From Acidimicrobiia bacterium (lineage in GTDB: Bacteria; Actinomycetota; Acidimicrobiia; Spongiisociales; ZC4RG35), in contig JAZFTT010000234.1 of NCBI GenBank assembly GCA_036446835.1, positions 1 to 35,850 of the forward strand: a stretch of 35,850 nt of DNA. Reading direction: 5' to 3'. This document shows positions 8,525 to 17,597 of this stretch, piece by piece. The translations under genes and the position numbers were made by a program. Within the stretch, counting starts at the first letter, position 1. Every line of letters begins with the position of its first letter. Under the pieces are notes generated by a model. The model saw only the letters and a list, made by a program, of their open reading frames with translations, was not told the origin of the DNA and ran no database searches.

Positions 8525-9370
8525 ATGCTCGACAAGAGGCTCGTCATCGTCTCCGGCAAAGGCGGAGTGGGCAAGTCCGCCGTCGCCGCCGGGTTGGCCC
8601 TCCTCGCCCAGCGCAACGGGCTGAGGGTTCTCGCCGTCGAGATGGGCTCGGCCGGAGGATTGTCAACGCACTTTTCCGTCGGTCCCCTGGAGTTCGAGCC
8701 GCGTGAGGTCCGCCCTGGGCTCCACGCCATGCACATCGTGCGTAGCGAGGCGCTGCTCGAGTATCTCTCCATTCAGCTGCGTCTCCCCGGCATAGGGCGC
8801 TTCGGGGCGGTAGCACGCGCCTTTGATGCCCTGGCTACGGCGGCGCCGGCGATCAGGGAAATCATCACTATCGGGAAGATCCTCTGGGAGGTGAGAGAAG
8901 ACCGCTGGGACCTCGTTGTTGCCGACGCCCCTCCCACCGGGCAGATCGGCTCCTATCTTCGAGCCCCGCTCAGCATCTCCGAACTAGTGCCGACCGGAAG
9001 GATACGTGCCCAATCCGAGTGGATGACAACCACACTTGGAGACCCCGATATGACTCAGTTGGTCATCGTCACACTCCCCGAGGAGTTGCCAAGCACCGAA
9101 ACATTGGAGACCATGCGCTGGCTCGAGGACAACCAAATCGTCCCGCCACCCTTGGTCATATCCAACCGGGTGCTGTCAGAACTCGAGGACAAGCCATCGC
9201 CAGAAGGCGTGGTCGGAGAGATCGCCGATCTCCACAGGTCGCTCTGGTCCGAACAACAGCACTGGCTGGGCAAAGTGCCGCCCGATCTGACTCTGCCCTA
9301 CATGTTTGGCCTCTTCACACCGGGCGAGGTAGCTGCGCGCATAAGCGATGAGCTCGAGGCCTTCACATGA
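8525..9370 (+). CDS. ArsA/Get3-family ATPase, subunit A (Rv3679/BagA-like)
   Basis: Deviant Walker A SGKGGVGKS, Walker B/switch II DLVVADAPPTG, VTLPEELP, V.SNR. Confidence 0.88.
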   Translation: MLDKRLVIVSGKGGVGKSAVAAGLALLAQRNGLRVLAVEMGSAGGLSTHFSVGPLEFEPREVRPGLHAMHIVRSEALLEYLSIQLRLPGIGRFGAVARAFDALATAAPAIREIITIGKILWEVREDRWDLVVADAPPTGQIGSYLRAPLSISELVPTGRIRAQSEWMTTTLGDPDMTQLVIVTLPEELPSTETLETMRWLEDNQIVPPPLVISNRVLSELEDKPSPEGVVGEIADLHRSLWSEQQHWLGKVPPDLTLPYMFGLFTPGEVAARISDELEAFT

Positions 9371-10401
9371 CAAAGACCATCCTCATCACCGGGGCTGGAG
9401 GTGTCGGCAAGACCACGATCGCCGCGGCTATCGGTGTTACCGCGGCCCGAGAGGGTCTCCGCACCCTCGTGGTCACAGTCGATCCCGCCCGGCGCCTGGC
9501 CTCAGCTATGGGGATAGCCCATCTTGGCGATGAGCCCACTCCCCACGTCGACGAGCCACTCCTGTGGGCGGCCATGCTCGACGCATCCGCGTCGTGGAGG
9601 GCCGTAGCCATGCGTCACGCTGATCCGGACGTTGCAACACGACTTGCCGACAACGAGTTCTTCCAGGCGGCCTCGGAGCACTTCCCTGCCTCTCAGTCAT
9701 ACGCAGCGGCCGACCAGGCAGCGACCTTCGTTCAGGCTCGTGCGTGGGATCTCGTCGTAGTCGACACGCCGCCGTCCGGGGGAGGCATTGATTTTTTCGC
9801 GGCACCGGCGCAAATGGCCGATCTCGTCGGCGGAAGGCTTCTGCGCTGGATCACCGGAGGCCCACTGCCAGGGCGCAAGCTCCTCTACAACCGAGCCGCC
9901 CGGCCGATGCTCCGTGTTGCCGACTCGATCCTTGGTTCGGACCTTCTCGAAAGAGTGGCCGAGTTCCTTGTCGACCTGCGGACGACTTATGACGGCGTGG
10001 CACGCCGGGGACGAGAGATCGAGAAGGTCATGCGGGAGTCGTCGATAGTCGTCATCACCACCGCTGATCCGGCACCGGTCAGTGAAGCGGTCAAGTTCTA
10101 CCGAGAATTGCCGGGACTTGCCTCTGCCCCCAAAGTGGTCATCTTCAATCGGGCACTCCCCGATGCCTGGGCCAACCCGTCGATACCACCCGAGACATCG
10201 GCCGAGTTGCGCCACGTCGCCCAGCTCTGGGGATCAGAAACCCTTCGACAGCGAGATGCGAGAGAGGAGTTCTCCGCACGCTACGGAGCAACTGTTGCCA
10301 CGGTCCCGCTGTCGGATAAGCCGCTCACCGACCTCGACGGCCTCGCCGGCCTCATGAGCCAAGGCTTTGGAATCCCTTGGGAGCAAATCGGAGTCGAATG
10401 A
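9367..10401 (+). CDS. ArsA/Get3-family ATPase, subunit B (Rv3680/BagB-like)
   Basis: Walker A TGAGGVGKTT, switch I TVDPARRLA, DLVVVDTPP, IFNR; ATGA overlap with the upstream paralog. Confidence 0.88.
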   Translation: MTKTILITGAGGVGKTTIAAAIGVTAAREGLRTLVVTVDPARRLASAMGIAHLGDEPTPHVDEPLLWAAMLDASASWRAVAMRHADPDVATRLADNEFFQAASEHFPASQSYAAADQAATFVQARAWDLVVVDTPPSGGGIDFFAAPAQMADLVGGRLLRWITGGPLPGRKLLYNRAARPMLRVADSILGSDLLERVAEFLVDLRTTYDGVARRGREIEKVMRESSIVVITTADPAPVSEAVKFYRELPGLASAPKVVIFNRALPDAWANPSIPPETSAELRHVAQLWGSETLRQRDAREEFSARYGATVATVPLSDKPLTDLDGLAGLMSQGFGIPWEQIGVE

Positions 10402-10419
10402 GACGCATAAACTCTGCCC

Positions 10420-11193
10420 ATGCGTAACGCTGCCGCCTTCTTCGACCTCGACCGAACGCTGATATCGGGAGCCGCTGCCTTTCCGGTCGGTATTGAGGCC
10501 TGGCGACAGGGGATTGCATCCAACACCGACATCGCCAAATGGGGAATCGCAGCCCTCAGCTTCAAACTGCTCGGCGACAAGAACGATGCGTCTTCAGACG
10601 ATCTCAAAGCCGACTTCCTCAGCAAGATCGCGGGTTCCCCGGCCAACACATTGGATGCGCTGGCGACTGCTGTGCTTCCCCGTCTGACCGACAAAGTGCG
10701 GCCGGAGTCACGCAAGCTGGTTTCGATGCATCACGGGGAGGGACGCGACACGTGGATCGTCTCGGCCAGTCCTCAAGGTTTGGTTGAGCCACTTGCCATC
10801 TCCCTGGGCATGACGGGAGCGATCGGAACCAGAAGCGAGGTAGTCGACGGCAAGTACACCGGAAACCTCGACGGCCCGTTCGTCTATGGCGCCGGCAAGG
10901 TGCAGGCAATCGAGCAACTGTCCTCCGAGCGCGGGTACGACCCCCAGCTCTGTTATGCCTACTCGGACTCGATCTCAGATCTTCCCATGATGGAACACGT
11001 AGGTCACCCGGTCGCGGTAAATCCTGACTCCCAGCTTCTCTCCATCTCACGGGAACGGGGCTGGCCGGTTGTCATTTTCGCCCGCAAGACCAAAAGAGTC
11101 ATTGCCTTCGGTGGCGCCGGCATCGGAACTGTGGTGACCTCGCTTCTTGCCTACCTGATCGGCCGACGACACGGGCGGTCCAACGCCCTCTAG
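10420..11193 (+). CDS. HAD-IB (SerB-like) hydrolase with C-terminal membrane anchor
   Basis: Motif I FFDLDRTL, motif II IVSAS, motif III K (GAGK), motif IV YSDSISDLP, AVNPD; hydrophobic tail VIAFGGAGIGTVVTSLLAYLIG-RRH. Confidence 0.92.
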   Translation: MRNAAAFFDLDRTLISGAAAFPVGIEAWRQGIASNTDIAKWGIAALSFKLLGDKNDASSDDLKADFLSKIAGSPANTLDALATAVLPRLTDKVRPESRKLVSMHHGEGRDTWIVSASPQGLVEPLAISLGMTGAIGTRSEVVDGKYTGNLDGPFVYGAGKVQAIEQLSSERGYDPQLCYAYSDSISDLPMMEHVGHPVAVNPDSQLLSISRERGWPVVIFARKTKRVIAFGGAGIGTVVTSLLAYLIGRRHGRSNAL

Positions 11194-14100
11194 AGAATCG
11201 CTCTCGGGCCCAGCAGCTCCTTCAGCTCGGCAAACAGCGCCGATCGCGGTTCCACTTTGTGAGCGTCGCTGAGTCTGAGAACCTTGGTATCCCCGTTGTC
11301 GGTCATGTGCAGATACACCGAGGCCGATCCGGGATGGTTTTTCAGGATGGTCTTGAGACTGTCGACGATCTCGGGCGTGAGACGGGCAGCCTGGATCGTG
11401 AGACGAACCGTAGAGTCATCCCTGATCTCGAGTTCCTTCAACTCCCGCGCCACAACCTTCACCTCATCGCCGCGATGATCGAGGTTGCCCGAGACCACGA
11501 GAACGGCGTCCTCGACGATGAGAGGGCCATAATCGTGGACGGTCTTCGGAAACGCGATGCACTCGACCGAGCCCTCGAGGTCTTCCAACTGGAAGAAGAG
11601 CATCGGATCCCCTTTCTTGGTCCACCGCCGGGTGATCGAGCCGACAATCCCACCAACCGAAAGCGATGATCGATCGGTCAGGTCGCCAAGCTCGGCGATC
11701 GAGGTGGAGGTGGCTGCTGCAAGAGCGGCCCCCAACGACAGCAGTGGGTGGTCCGAAACGTATAGCCCCAGCATCTCCTTCTCGAAGGCGAGACGGGTCT
11801 TTTGCGGCCATGCCAGGTCGGGCACATCGATGTTGGTCTCCTCCTGGGACTCATCGTTTCCCGCAAACAATGAGTACTGGCCCATCTCCTCGTTGCGACG
11901 CCGCTCCACTGTGGCGTCGAGAATTTGGCCGTGAACCAGTGTCAGTCCTTTACGAGTGTCACCGCTCCCATCAAACGCACCGGCCTTGATCAGCGACTCG
12001 ATCGACCTCTTGTTGAGGACCGAGGTGTCGACACGATTGACAAAGTCCATGAAGGACTCGAAAGGCTGCTCCTCACGGGCCTCGACGATCTTCTCGACGG
12101 CGCCCTCGCCGACGTTCCTGACAGCAGAGAGACCAAACCGGATCCGCCCTTCGTGGACGGTGAAGTCGGACTCCGACTCGTTTACATCGGGGACCAGCAC
12201 CTCGATCCCCATCTGCCGACACTCGTTGAGGTAAACGGCCGTGCGGTCCTTGTTGGTCTTGGTGGCCGTGAGCAAGGCGGCCAGATACTCAGATGGGTAA
12301 TGGGCCTTGAGATAGGCGGTCTGATAGGCAACCAATCCGTAACCCGCGCTATGACTCCTGTTGAAGCCGTAACCGGCGAAGTGCTCGATGAGTTTGAAGA
12401 TCTCACGACCGGTCTCCTCGGGGAACCCCTGATCGACCGTGCCGGTCACGAACTTCTCTTCTTCGGCCACCATCACCGATTTGATCTTCTTGCCCATCGC
12501 CCGTCTCAGCTCATCGGCATCGGCCATCGAGTAGCCGGCGATCTCCTGGGCGACCATCATCACCTGCTCCTGGTACACCATGATCTGATAGGTGTCGGCC
12601 AGCTTGTCCGTGAGGACGGGATGAAGCTCCTCGATTTCGGCCCGCCCGTTCTTTCGGTCGGCGTAGAGGTTGTGCATGTTGGCGCCCATCGGTCCCGGTC
12701 GGTACAGGGCAACAAGTGCGATCACGTCGTTGAAGCTGTCCGGTTTCAGGGATCGGATTAGAGCACGCATCGCCGTGCCCTCCATCTGGAAGACCCCGAT
12801 GGTGTCACCCGACTGAAGCAGTTCGAAAGTCGCCGGATCGTCCAGTGGGACATTGTCGATATCGACGATCTCGCCGGTCGTCCGCTCGACCAGTTCGAGA
12901 CACCGCTCGATGATCGATAGGTTGCGCAAGCCCAGAAAATCCATCTTGAGAAGACCGAGATCCTCGACCCCGTGCATCTCGAACTGGGTGACCATCTCTG
13001 CGTCCTCACCCTTACGCTGGACGGGGACGATGCTCGTCAGTGGCTCGGGAGCGATCACGACGGCGGCAGCGTGAATCGAGTCCTGGCGGCGCAACCCTTC
13101 GAGACCACGGGCGGCGTCAACGACCTCCTTGGCCGCCGGGTCCGCCTCATACATCTCCCGCAGCCCGTGGGCGTTGGCGTACCAGTCCTTGATCTCGGAC
13201 GCCGCACCAGACGATGGCGGGGACAGAGCCTGTTCGAGGGTGGCGTCCTTCCCGAGAATCGACGGTGGCATCGCCTTGGCCAGCCGGTCCCCCATCGAAT
13301 AGGGATGGCCGAGGACACGCGCCGCATCCCGAAGGGCCTGCTTGCCCTTGATGGTGGCAAACGTGATTATCTGAGCCACACGATCGCTGCCGTACTTTTC
13401 GGCCGCGTAGCGGATCATCTCTCCCCGATAGCGTTCGTCGAAGTCCATGTCGATATCCGGCATCGACTTACGACCGGGATTGAGAAAGCGCTCAAAAATA
13501 AGCCCATGAACAAGAGGGTCGATGGCCGTGATACCCAGGCAGTACGAGACGATCGACCCCGCAGCCGATCCTCGACCGGGTCCGACACGGATCTTGTTCT
13601 CGCGGGCATGGCGAATCAGATCCCAGACGATCAGGAAGTAGGCGGGAAAGCCCATCTCCTCGATGATCTTGAGCTCGTGCTCGACCCGTTCCAAGACTTC
13701 GGCGCCCGGCTCGGCGCCGTACCTCTCCCGGGTCCCCTGCTCGACCAGCCGACGCAGATAGGTCAGCTCGGTCTCACCCTCGGGCACCGAGAATTGCGGG
13801 AGGAGAATCTTCCCGAACTCGATTTCGACGTTGGCCCGCTCGGCAATCCACAAGGTGTTATCGCAGGCCTTGGGAAACTCATCGTCGGGAAACAGACGGC
13901 GCATCTCGTCCGCCGACTTGAGATAGTGCTCCGACCCCTCAAACCTGAGTCGACCGGGCTCGTTTCGCAGCGACCCGGTCTGAATGCAGAGGAGCACGTC
14001 GTGGGCGTCGTGCTCCTCCCGTCGGGTGTAATGGGCGTCATTGGTCGCCAGGAGTGGGGCACCGATCCGGTCGGCGATCTTCAGAAGGTCGCCCATGATG

Positions 14101-14687
14101 CGTTGCTGGGCTTCGATCCCGTGGTCCTGAAGCTCGATGAAGAAATTGTCCCTGCCGAAAACGTCCTGAAAGCGGCCCGCCGCCGCCACCGCCGCCTCGA
14201 GGTCTCGGGAGTTTGCCTTGTTCCCCTCCTCGCTGACAGCGTCGGGAGCCAGGAGCTGGGGCACAAGCCCACCGAGACAACCGGAGGTGGCGATGATCCC
14301 CTCGGAGTGTTCTGCCAGGAGCTCGATGTCCATCCGGGGCTTGTAGTAATACCCGTCGAGAAACGCCTTCGACGACAGTTGGAGCAGGTTGCGATAACCA
14401 ACCTCGTTCTCGGCCAGAAGATTCATGTGGTAGCGGCGGTTGTCGGCGCCGACCGGACGATCCCTGCGTGAGCCTTCGGTGTAATAGGCCTCTATTCCGA
14501 TGATTGGCTTGATGCCTGCCTTGTTGGCGGCCTTGACGAAATCGACCACACCGTAGAGATTCCCGTGATCGGTTATTGCGATGGCAGGCTGGTCATCCGC
14601 GGCCGCTGCTTCGACGACATCGGTGATTCTCGCCGCACCGTCAAGTAGTGAGTATTCGGTGTGCAGATGGAGATGGGCAAAGGACAC
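11190..14687 (-). CDS. dnaE: DNA polymerase III alpha subunit (DnaE1 type)
   Basis: PHP domain HLHLHTEYSLLDG/TDHG/NDAHY, GPGRGSAAGS, catalytic PDIDMDF, KMDFLGL, FAGYGFNRSH, clamp motif QYSLF, OB fold; normal length, no intein seen. Confidence 0.98.
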   Translation of the reverse strand: MSFAHLHLHTEYSLLDGAARITDVVEAAAADDQPAIAITDHGNLYGVVDFVKAANKAGIKPIIGIEAYYTEGSRRDRPVGADNRRYHMNLLAENEVGYRNLLQLSSKAFLDGYYYKPRMDIELLAEHSEGIIATSGCLGGLVPQLLAPDAVSEEGNKANSRDLEAAVAAAGRFQDVFGRDNFFIELQDHGIEAQQRIMGDLLKIADRIGAPLLATNDAHYTRREEHDAHDVLLCIQTGSLRNEPGRLRFEGSEHYLKSADEMRRLFPDDEFPKACDNTLWIAERANVEIEFGKILLPQFSVPEGETELTYLRRLVEQGTRERYGAEPGAEVLERVEHELKIIEEMGFPAYFLIVWDLIRHARENKIRVGPGRGSAAGSIVSYCLGITAIDPLVHGLIFERFLNPGRKSMPDIDMDFDERYRGEMIRYAAEKYGSDRVAQIITFATIKGKQALRDAARVLGHPYSMGDRLAKAMPPSILGKDATLEQALSPPSSGAASEIKDWYANAHGLREMYEADPAAKEVVDAARGLEGLRRQDSIHAAAVVIAPEPLTSIVPVQRKGEDAEMVTQFEMHGVEDLGLLKMDFLGLRNLSIIERCLELVERTTGEIVDIDNVPLDDPATFELLQSGDTIGVFQMEGTAMRALIRSLKPDSFNDVIALVALYRPGPMGANMHNLYADRKNGRAEIEELHPVLTDKLADTYQIMVYQEQVMMVAQEIAGYSMADADELRRAMGKKIKSVMVAEEEKFVTGTVDQGFPEETGREIFKLIEHFAGYGFNRSHSAGYGLVAYQTAYLKAHYPSEYLAALLTATKTNKDRTAVYLNECRQMGIEVLVPDVNESESDFTVHEGRIRFGLSAVRNVGEGAVEKIVEAREEQPFESFMDFVNRVDTSVLNKRSIESLIKAGAFDGSGDTRKGLTLVHGQILDATVERRRNEEMGQYSLFAGNDESQEETNIDVPDLAWPQKTRLAFEKEMLGLYVSDHPLLSLGAALAAATSTSIAELGDLTDRSSLSVGGIVGSITRRWTKKGDPMLFFQLEDLEGSVECIAFPKTVHDYGPLIVEDAVLVVSGNLDHRGDEVKVVARELKELEIRDDSTVRLTIQAARLTPEIVDSLKTILKNHPGSASVYLHMTDNGDTKVLRLSDAHKVEPRSALFAELKELLGPRAIL

Positions 14688-14701
14688 TGTTTATCAGACC
14701 G

Positions 14702-14721
14702 GACTTACACGGGTGTAGTTC
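14702..14721. promoter_or_regulatory. Palindromic operator candidate upstream of dnaE
   Basis: GA-ct-TACAC-gg-GTGTA-gt-TC, 15-34 bp upstream of the dnaE GTG. Confidence 0.45.
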
Positions 14722-14769
14722 TGGGAATCTAGTGGTGTGCTTCCCAAAAAGCTACGCGGGCCGCGGACT

Positions 14770-15597
14770 TCAGATCATCACGGAGAGAGCGGCCGCGATC
14801 GCGATCGCCACACCGGTGAGGGTGCGCAGGACCTCTATATTGGGGCCACGGAGCCGGGACCAGATCTCACCGATGACCATTCCGGCGATCAACCCGCCTA
14901 GATGAGCCTGCCACGCGATGTTGGGCACCAGAAACGGAATCGCCGCGTTGATCAGAAGGAGAACGCCTATCTGGCGAAGCATCGCCCGGCCCTGCATCGT
15001 GTTGCGACGATGCATCGCCCAACTCAGCCAAATGCCAAACAGGCCGAAAATGGCGCCCGACGCTCCAACAGCAACATCGAGCGGATCGCCGAGATAGAAG
15101 GCAAAGGCTCCTCCGACTCCGGCCGATGCCAGAAAGAGGCTGACGAAAGGCCACGTGCCGACTCCACGTTCGATTTGGGGCCCGAGCACCCAGAGCGCCC
15201 ACATGTTGAACAGGATGTGGGTGATCGAGGCGTGAAGCAGGATCGGCGTGAAGATCCGCCACCACTCTCCGGCGGCGACGGCCAAGTTCCATTGTGCAAG
15301 GGCCTCGAATATGGAGCCGCCCGAACGCCCGAACCCGGTGAGGACGAAGAACGCCACCGCCAGTCCGATGAATGTCTTGGTTACGGGTGCTCCACTGGCA
15401 CGAGAGGCTCGAGCTCCGGTGGGGATGATCTTCTGTGTGCCCTCCGAGCGCACGCACTCGGGGCACCGCTGTCCAACCGAGGCATCGATGGAGCAGGCGG
15501 CACAGATCGGCCGGTCACATCGACTGCATTTGAGGAGTGTGTGGCGATCGGGGTGGCGATAACAGGCCTGAGCGGCGGTGGTGGGATCCTGTGTCAC
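14770..15597 (-). CDS. Rhomboid-family intramembrane serine protease with N-terminal B-box-like zinc finger
   Basis: CYRHP...CSRCDRPIC..C...GQRCPEC; WR motif, HILFNM, catalytic GASG, AWQAHLGG. Confidence 0.95.
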   Translation of the reverse strand: MTQDPTTAAQACYRHPDRHTLLKCSRCDRPICAACSIDASVGQRCPECVRSEGTQKIIPTGARASRASGAPVTKTFIGLAVAFFVLTGFGRSGGSIFEALAQWNLAVAAGEWWRIFTPILLHASITHILFNMWALWVLGPQIERGVGTWPFVSLFLASAGVGGAFAFYLGDPLDVAVGASGAIFGLFGIWLSWAMHRRNTMQGRAMLRQIGVLLLINAAIPFLVPNIAWQAHLGGLIAGMVIGEIWSRLRGPNIEVLRTLTGVAIAIAAALSVMI

Positions 15598-15624
15598 CGA
15601 ACTGACGGTATCCGACCCAACGGT

Positions 15625-16545
15625 TTATCCGGTGCCATGTTGATCGAGTGAGTTGAGCACCGCACGGAGATCCGACGGCAGCGGCGAGTCGACACCGACA
15701 GGCTCACCGGTGATGGGGTGATCGAACTCGACGCGGGAGGCATGGAGGAATGTTCGAGGAGAGATCACCTTAGGGGTCTTGGCGCCATAGATCTTGTCTC
15801 CGATGACCGGGTGGTCAACTGCCAAAAAATGCACCCTGATCTGATGTGTCCGCCCGGTCTCGAGCCGGACCGTCAGCAGAGAACACCCAAACTCAGGGTA
15901 TTCACGATCGACCTCGTAATGCGTGGTCGCACTCTTGCCGCCCTGCACAACGGCACGGCGCATCGGTCGGTTCGGATCACGGCCGATCGGAGCCTCGATT
16001 GTCCCCGTTGGCGCATCGAAGCGACCCTGAACCAGGCAGATGTACACCCTGGTGATCTCCCTGCGTTTCAACTGGCCAACAAGATTCTCGTAACCAAGGG
16101 TGGTCCGAGCCACGATGAGAGCGCCAGAGGTGTCTTTGTCGAGCCTGTGCACCAGACCCCAGCGGTCAACAGATCCAACGCCTTCGATCTCGGGATACCG
16201 GTAGAGAAGACCCGCCGCCAGCGTTCCCCGACTGCGCCCCGCACCGGGGTGAACGACCACACCGACAGGTTTGTCCACAACTATCACCGTGTCGTCCTCG
16301 TACAGAACGTCAAACTCCACTTCTTCTGCTTCCAGTCCAACGGCCTCCTCGGGAGTCGGCGTGGTGATCGAGGACCCTTCAGTCACCCGATCGGCTGGTC
16401 TGGCCGGCGCTCCGTCGATGAAAACACCGTCGTCGATCAGGTGACGAGCCTGAGCCCGACTCACCCCCAGCATGGTTGCAAGCACCTTGTCGACGCGGGT
16501 GCCATCGAACTCGGACGGAACCTCGAGTGTTATCTCGTTCGCCAT
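15625..16545 (-). CDS. rluD: RluA/RluD-family 23S rRNA pseudouridine synthase
   Basis: N-terminal S4 domain (RVDKVLA..SRAQA), VHRLDKDTSG, GRTHQIRVH, LHA; start trimmed to ATG 16545 (MANEI). Confidence 0.93.
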   Translation of the reverse strand: MANEITLEVPSEFDGTRVDKVLATMLGVSRAQARHLIDDGVFIDGAPARPADRVTEGSSITTPTPEEAVGLEAEEVEFDVLYEDDTVIVVDKPVGVVVHPGAGRSRGTLAAGLLYRYPEIEGVGSVDRWGLVHRLDKDTSGALIVARTTLGYENLVGQLKRREITRVYICLVQGRFDAPTGTIEAPIGRDPNRPMRRAVVQGGKSATTHYEVDREYPEFGCSLLTVRLETGRTHQIRVHFLAVDHPVIGDKIYGAKTPKVISPRTFLHASRVEFDHPITGEPVGVDSPLPSDLRAVLNSLDQHGTG

Positions 16546-16985
16546 GCGTGTATGAGTAGCAGCCCGACGGCAATGGTGACCGAAGCGTCTGCGATGTTGA
16601 AGGTGGGGATCCACCACATAGCTACCCAATCGATGACCTTCCCGTCGAGAAACCCCTCACCCCGGAACACGCGGTCCATCAAGTTTCCGACAGCCCCTCC
16701 CAGCACCAACGCCAGTGCGACCAACTCCAGAAGAGGTCGCTCGACTCGGATCGACCAGACAACGAATGCGGACACGACGATGGCTGCCACCCCCAAGAAC
16801 GGCCCGGCATTTTGGAACAACGAGAACGCGGCTCCCGGGTTCTCGGTGAATGTGAAGGTGAGGAATCCGGGGATGACCTCCACGGGAGAGTCGGCAAAGT
16901 GCACCGACGCATATCTCTTGGTGGCCAGGTCTGCCACCACTACGGCCAGGGCTATGCCCAATGCGGCCGTATGGCGCCTGATCAA
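16530..16985 (-). CDS. lspA: Lipoprotein signal peptidase II
   Basis: DLATK, NPGAAFS, GAVGNLMDR, VIDW, FNIAD; TTG start at 16985 overlapping the upstream stop (TTGA). Confidence 0.95.
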   Translation of the reverse strand: MIRRHTAALGIALAVVVADLATKRYASVHFADSPVEVIPGFLTFTFTENPGAAFSLFQNAGPFLGVAAIVVSAFVVWSIRVERPLLELVALALVLGGAVGNLMDRVFRGEGFLDGKVIDWVAMWWIPTFNIADASVTIAVGLLLIHAWRTR

Positions 16986-17356
16986 TTGAGCTTGGCGGCG
17001 CACTCGACGCACTGCGTCGAATAAGGCAAGACGCCGAGACGCTCGAGTGGAATGGCCGCGCCACAGCTTTCGCAGATCCCGTATTTTCCGGTCTTGATCC
17101 GGGCCAGGGCGTGATCCACCTTGCCGATGAGATCGAGTGTGTTCTGCTCGATCGATAGCTCTTTGGCATACTCGAGCTTCATCGAACTGGCCTCGGCATT
17201 ACCCGGGTCGGGGCTTCTGTCCGATGAGCTCTCCGTCAGTCGGGCCACCTCGAGCTCGCGCTCATACTCTTCCACAAGGCCCTCGAGACGCGTCTTCTCG
17301 TCCTCCAGACGCTTCCTGAAGCGATCGACTGTGGATTTCGCGAGTTTTCGTGCCAC
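16982..17356 (-). CDS. TraR/DksA-family C4 zinc-finger protein
   Basis: Coiled coil followed by ALARI..GKYGICESCG..IP.ERL...P....CVEC; strong SD AAGGAG before GTG. Confidence 0.92.
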   Translation of the reverse strand: MARKLAKSTVDRFRKRLEDEKTRLEGLVEEYERELEVARLTESSSDRSPDPGNAEASSMKLEYAKELSIEQNTLDLIGKVDHALARIKTGKYGICESCGAAIPLERLGVLPYSTQCVECAAKLN

Positions 17357-17597
17357 GTTTCTCCTTCTAAAAGGGCGGAAACCCTAGCAACGTCGTCAAA
17401 CCAAGCCGAGTTTCCTCCGCACAGTCTCGGCATTGCCGTCGGCCACCTGAACACCTTGTGACGGTTCGACATTCCCCTAGTGCCCCGGCATCTCCTCACA
17501 CCGACACAGTAGATCCTGGGAGACAAGTGCGGTAGATGATCCCTTGGTCGCCACGCCTACCATCCCGCCCTCACCGATGTGGCCAATTGGAGATTGA

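Noticed and set aside
8525-10401. Arsenic-resistance (ars) operon
   Set aside because: No arsB/acr3, arsC, arsD or arsR nearby, and the ATPases have no Cys for metalloid binding.
11190-14687. Intein or split in dnaE
   Set aside because: Length is normal (1165 aa) and all domains are contiguous; no intein splice-junction block seen.
14698-14736. ACCGGACTTAC (11 nt) and CTAGTGGT upstream of dnaE match the end of the 32.7-kb element
   Set aside because: A few 11-mer matches between a 168-bp query and 36 kb are expected by chance, and the two pieces are not arranged as in the element.
17357-17597. Possible ileS T-box riboswitch or other leader RNA
   Set aside because: No T-box bulge consensus and no recognisable stem I specifier loop; only short GC-rich stems such as GCCGAG/CTCGGC at 17405-17431.
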